64,000 bases of DNA from Macrostomum lignano (Eukaryota). The notes below the pieces were generated by a model. The model made no database searches and had not been told where the DNA came from. It saw only the letters and a program-made list of their open reading frames with translations. The stretch is from NCBI GenBank assembly GCA_002269645.1, contig NIVC01002279.1, forward strand, positions 62,001 to 126,000. Direction: 5' to 3'. Of this stretch, positions 62,337 to 64,000 are shown one piece after another; the stretch's first letter is position 1; each line of letters starts with the position of its first letter. The position numbers and the translations under genes are program-made.

Positions 62337-64000
62337 CGCGGATTTTGAACCCGGGGAACTCCATTCCCCGGAATTATTTTTGCATGTATTCTAAAATCTG
62401 AGGTAAAACTCAAACAAAAACTTGTTCCCTTGTTAATAGTTAGGATAGAGTTAGGATAGAGTTAGGATCATGTAAAATTAGGATTTGAGGCAAACATTGA
62501 TATTGTTGGCTGGGGTGCTGCGCAGAATGTCAGGAAAACTCTGGCCTCTACCTCTGCCTCTCCCTATGTCCTTTGCATCCTTTGAAACTTCCATCTTCTT
62601 TTCTGTTTCCTATCTTCTCTCTCGTCTCTTCTCTCTCTCCCCTCTTATCTTTTCTTTCTTCTCTCCTCTCTCGTCTCTTCTCTCGTCTCTTCCCTCTCCC
62701 CTCTATTATTTTCTCTCTCTTCTCCTCTCTTCGCTCTGGTCTCTGGTCTCTCATATCTCCTTTCTCCTGTTTTATCTTTTCTCATTTCTCTCTGCTCTCT
62801 ACTCTGTCTTCCCTCTGCTCTCTACTCTCTCTTCCCTCACTCTTCTCACTCCTTACTCTACCCTCTCTCAACACTTTCCTTATCTCTACTCTCTCCTTTT
62901 TCCTCTCTTCTCTCAACTCTTTCCTCTCCTCTGTCCACTCTCTCCTCTCATCTCTCTGCTCTCTCCTATCCTATCTCTCTTCTCTCCCCTCTTTCCTCTC
63001 CTCCCTCGTCCTTTTCACCAATTTCCCCTGTCCTCTCGATTCTCTCCCTTCCCCTCCTCTCTCCTCACTCACTTCTCATCTCTCCCTTGTCTACACCTCT
63101 CATCCCTTATTTCTTATCTCTCCTCTTTTCTCTCTACTCTCCCATCTCTCGTCTGTTCTGATCTCTCATCTCCCCTCTCTGATCTGTCATCTTTACTCTC
63201 ATATGTTCTCTCACCTCTCTCCCCTTGTAATCCTCTCTTTCCCCTTTTTGACTCAGGAGGACTCGATCCTTTCTTCTTTCTTCTCGTCTCTTCTCTTCTC
63301 TCTTCTATACTCTCTCCCTCTCTTGTCTTCTCTCTTCTCTCTCACTCTCGTCTCTCCTCTCTTATATCGTCTGTTCACTCTCATCTTTGCTCTCTCATTC
63401 CCCTCTCTCTTCTGTCATCTCTACTCTCCTCTCTACTGTGTACTCTTCTCTTTCCCCTCTTCTGACTCCTCTCTTTCCTTACTCCTCTCTTCTCTTCCCT
63501 CTTCTATACTCTCTCCCCTCTATTCTCTTTTCTCGTCTCTCCGCACTCTGCTCTCTCTTCCTTCATCTCTCATCTCTACTCTACTCTCTCATATTTCCTT
63601 TCATCTCACTTATCTCTACAATCTCATCTCTTTCCTCTCTCCTCCTCTTCCCTTTACTCTATCATCTCTCCTTTGTCCTCTCTTCTTTCTCAACTCTCTC
63701 TCTCATCTCTATCTTCTCTCTTCTCACTCGTCTCTCCCCCTCTTATCTCCTCCCCTCTATCCTTTCTAATCCCCCTCTCGATACTCTCATCTCCTCTTTG
63801 TTCTCTCATCTCACTCTTCTCTACTCTCCTCTCTCATCGATCCTCTGTCTTATCTCTCCCCTCTTCTCTCTCCATCTTCTCACCTCTACTATTTCCTCTC
63901 CCTTCTCTCTCCCCTCCTCTCGCTTCTTCGTCCCATATTCTCTGCTTTCTCCTCACCTCCTCGTACGTCTCTCCTGTTATCTTCTATCTTTTCTTTTATC
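62337..64000 (-). mobile_element. Dispersed repeat with CT-rich core, copy 2 (inverted relative to 19458-20093)
   Basis: Unique part 62337-62560 is the reverse complement of about 19870-20093; low-complexity CT core runs to the window end. Confidence 0.8.

Noticed and set aside
62485-63769. 326-aa and 398-aa Leu/Ser-rich ORFs
   Set aside because: Low-complexity CT core of a dispersed repeat.

Overview
Animal (metazoan) nuclear DNA, not prokaryotic: GT-AG introns, GC-rich exons in AT-rich, repeat-filled intergenic and intronic DNA. The style resembles a free-living flatworm such as Macrostomum, but that is inference only. Host genes reconstructed by hand with phase-consistent splicing: (1) selenoprotein T (+, 3 exons, 12111-19150), with an in-frame UGA in a C-Y-S-U motif that the ORF track misses and a candidate SECIS at about 20403-20463; (2) mitochondrial ribosomal protein uS11m (+, 22055-23318); (3) a GT13 MGAT1/GnT-I-like glycosyltransferase (+, 26276-28749); (4) an unrecognised single-pass membrane protein (+, 31831-33476) and a small membrane ORF (34756-35064); (5) EFCAB2/DRC8 (-, 37768-38323); (6) the 5' part of a HERC2-like giant E3 ligase (+, 43571 to beyond 61260). 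Mobile DNA: a 6.26-kb hAT-like element with a 7-exon, stop-disrupted transposase and perfect 8-bp TSD; a Merlin/IS1595-type deletion derivative; two Mutator/foldback-type elements with 9-bp TSDs; hAT MITEs; a tRNA-headed SINE family in four copies; LINE and Gypsy fragments; and a MITE-like unit carrying a piece of 28S rRNA. About 25 micro- and minisatellite arrays are present, nearly one private array per intron; they generate most of the long spurious ORFs. No CRISPR array and no intact tRNA or rRNA gene was seen. All protein assignments rest on remembered family motifs, not database searches.
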